A DNA stretch of 29,574 nucleotides from Candidatus Bathyarchaeia archaeon (GTDB lineage: Archaea; Thermoproteota; Bathyarchaeia; Bathyarchaeales; Bathycorpusculaceae): positions 1 through 29,574 of the forward strand of contig JBEKXL010000025.1 in assembly GCA_049512075.1 (NCBI GenBank), written 5' to 3'. The notes under the pieces are model-generated. The model searched no databases. It had not been told where the DNA came from and saw only the letters and a list, made by a program, of their open reading frames with translations. Of this stretch, positions 27,645 through 29,574 are shown one piece after another. The position numbers and the translations under genes are program-made. Numbering within the stretch: the stretch's first letter is position 1; the number at the start of each line of letters is the position of its first letter.

Positions 27645-28407
27645 TCATCCATATCATAGGAAAGTCAGATTCGAACAAGAATTGATTCTCAAGAAGTCTA
27701 CTTAGAAACGGAGAAACGTCTTCAAACTTCACGAAGTAATCGCAAGCTAAACTTTGCACGTAATATTCCCCATGGACTACTCCTATACCTACATCTGCCA
27801 TTGCAAATGCCGGGTTGTCTGCTTCCGAATCTCCCATGTAGAGAATTCCTTTCTCCAGCTTCAGTTCTTTCAACATCTCCTTGAGGGCTACGCCCTTGTC
27901 AATAGACATTGGGTATACATCAAGGAAAGGCTGACCTTCATACTTAACCAGCTTCAAGCCTAGCGACTTACAGTAATCCACAACCACGTACACTTCTTTC
28001 ATCGCGGCCAGTGGGTCTTTGGACTGACGCCAGTCCAAACAGAAGGCAATGGGACGGTGACTCATGTCAAGTTTTTCCTCAATTTCAACTCCAGAAAATC
28101 TCATGTGCGATTTGGCATACTCAATAGCGACAGAAACGTTTCTCAATTTGTGCTCATAACCGTTTCTCTTCTGAGTGATGTCGCCTATCTTCCTCTCGAG
28201 TCCGCTCACTGCCGACCATGCGCAGGCGAAAGGCGTTCTGGGTTCAACAAATGAAAGATCCTTAGTGGTGACAACAACTATTGGAACGTGTTTGATTATT
28301 TTCTGAAGCACTACTTGTGTTTCCACAGGGACTCTTGACTCATTTCTGGAAGAATTCAACGGGCTTATTGTTCCATCATAGTCCAAAACCAAGCAATTAA
28401 CAGTCAT
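27616..28407 (-). CDS. HAD-IIB phosphatase (trehalose/sucrose-phosphatase-like)
   Basis: LDYDGTI, DKGVAL and YMGDSEAD; overlaps the GT4 gene start; start set at MTVNC. Confidence 0.85.
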   Translation of the reverse strand: MTVNCLVLDYDGTISPLNSSRNESRVPVETQVVLQKIIKHVPIVVVTTKDLSFVEPRTPFACAWSAVSGLERKIGDITQKRNGYEHKLRNVSVAIEYAKSHMRFSGVEIEEKLDMSHRPIAFCLDWRQSKDPLAAMKEVYVVVDYCKSLGLKLVKYEGQPFLDVYPMSIDKGVALKEMLKELKLEKGILYMGDSEADNPAFAMADVGIGVVHGEYYVQSLACDYFVKFEDVSPFLSRLLENQFLFESDFPMIWMNVKGRGRDA

Positions 28408-28673
28408 CCTGAAGCTTCTGACTCTGCGTCTGCTGTCTAGGCATAGTGAGCTTTCATCATTAAAATCTGAAGAGAAAGGACGTGTTGGATCCTTCAATGG
28501 GCTTTCCCAAACCTAGGTTATTTCTGGAGCATTGGCGATATATCTTTTTGCTAAGTATCTGCATTCGTTGTCATCCGCCTGACTTTGCCAAAATCCACTT
28601 GCTTCATGGACTACGAGCGCGCGCGCTGCTATTTGCTCAATATCCAAGAAATGAAACGCAAACGAGACTCTAA

Positions 28674-28950
28674 GCGCGCGCGTCCCGAAATTGGTCTAAA
28701 ATGGTCATAATTCCTTTTTTCGGGTTTAGGGACAGTTTTGAGGCACATACCTGTTTTTAGCCCTCCTCTGTGCCTTGACGTCCCAGAAGGGCTAGATGCA
28801 GCTTCAACAGTTTATGGGAAAACTCCAATTCCATACGGATTTGATGGAACCCCGTGATTTGCCATCTTTCAGCACGAGCAACATTCACCCATCAAACAAG
28901 CCCAAATCAAGCTCCAATAGACAAAAGAAGAATAAAAACCGTTTTTAATG
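28674..28950 (+). mobile_element. Diverged second copy of the MITE-like element
   Basis: Starts GCGCGCGCGTCCCGAAATTGGTCTAAAATGG and shares CAGTTTTGAGGC, CCAAATCAA and CAAAAGAAGAATAAAA with 25552-25763; longer interior and eroded right tip. Confidence 0.7.
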
Positions 28951-29053
28951 GAGTTAAACGAGACTAAAATTAATCAGTTGATTAAAAAAACCGAAAAAAG
29001 TCAAAGTCAAATAAACAAAGATGTTAAAAGCATAAAATACCAATGCTAGAAAA

Positions 29054-29341
29054 ATGGACTCTGTAAGTATTGTCTTGGATTTCGCTAATATTATTAATCT
29101 AATTGCTGTCCTTCTCTTAATGAGGGCTATACTAATAGATAGGAAGGTCTTGAAGGGCTTCAGCGTTAGTGGTTCTTTTTTGACTTTTATAGCAATTTTT
29201 GGTTTCGAGATAGTGTATGTTCTTTTGGGAAATCCCATAAGCTTTGCATTAGGATTGGTCAATCTTGTCTTTTGGCTTATGGCTTTTTTATTTGCTTTTC
29301 GAAAGTGGATTTATGAGCGGCACAAAGGACAGAAATCTTAA
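29054..29341 (+). CDS. Small 3-TM membrane protein
   Basis: 95-aa hydrophobic ORF that is AT-rich relative to the window. Confidence 0.75.
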   Translation: MDSVSIVLDFANIINLIAVLLLMRAILIDRKVLKGFSVSGSFLTFIAIFGFEIVYVLLGNPISFALGLVNLVFWLMAFLFAFRKWIYERHKGQKS

Positions 29342-29439
29342 ATCTGCACAGCAACAGAAGACAAACTGGGGTTTAAAAAAGTGCGCGCGAGGCGGAGGGC
29401 AGCAGCATATTAGTTAACGTTTAAGGTTTAGGCGATGCC

Positions 29440-29574
29440 ATGAAAATCACTATTTTCGGGGTAACGGGTGAAACGGGCAGACAACTTGTCGAACAAGCAC
29501 TTGCAGCAGGACACGAAGTAGTAGCCTATGTTCGTAATCCATCCAAACTTGGCATCAGCAACGAACATTTGACA
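29440..29574 (+). CDS. NAD(P)-binding oxidoreductase (atypical SDR/flavin reductase-like), cut by the window edge
   Basis: Hand translation MKITIFGVTGETGRQLVEQALAAGHEVVAYVRNPSKL contains the Rossmann GxxGxxG motif. Confidence 0.88.
   Translation, partial: MKITIFGVTGETGRQLVEQALAAGHEVVAYVRNPSKLGISNEHLT

Overview
Archaeal chromosomal window (TiaS, archaeal-type AlaS, Tsr3, a PEF-CTERM surface protein and a DUF996-like protein suggest Bathyarchaeia; taxonomy is inferred). A housekeeping block at about 9.1-19.6 kb (citG-like, macrodomain-tsr3-nnr operon, Lrp/AsnC domain, tiaS, alaS, surface glycoprotein) lies between two accessory patchworks. The left one has an ABC exporter, Nudix, HAD, nitroreductase, flavodoxin and several gene fragments. 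The right one has pepF, PAP2, a Fur/PerR-catalase pair and a HAD-IIB plus GT4 pair. Three non-coding signals stand out. (1) Alternating (CG)n runs of 6-10 nt are strongly concentrated between genes, next to stop codons and at the breakpoints of truncated genes. (2) A MITE-like family with ~46-bp terminal inverted repeats ends in GCGCGC (one intact copy, one diverged copy, one solo end) and could explain signal 1. (3) Two inverted copies of a complex ACATTAC-iteron/G10 repeat bracket the housekeeping block. All counts and alignments were done by eye.
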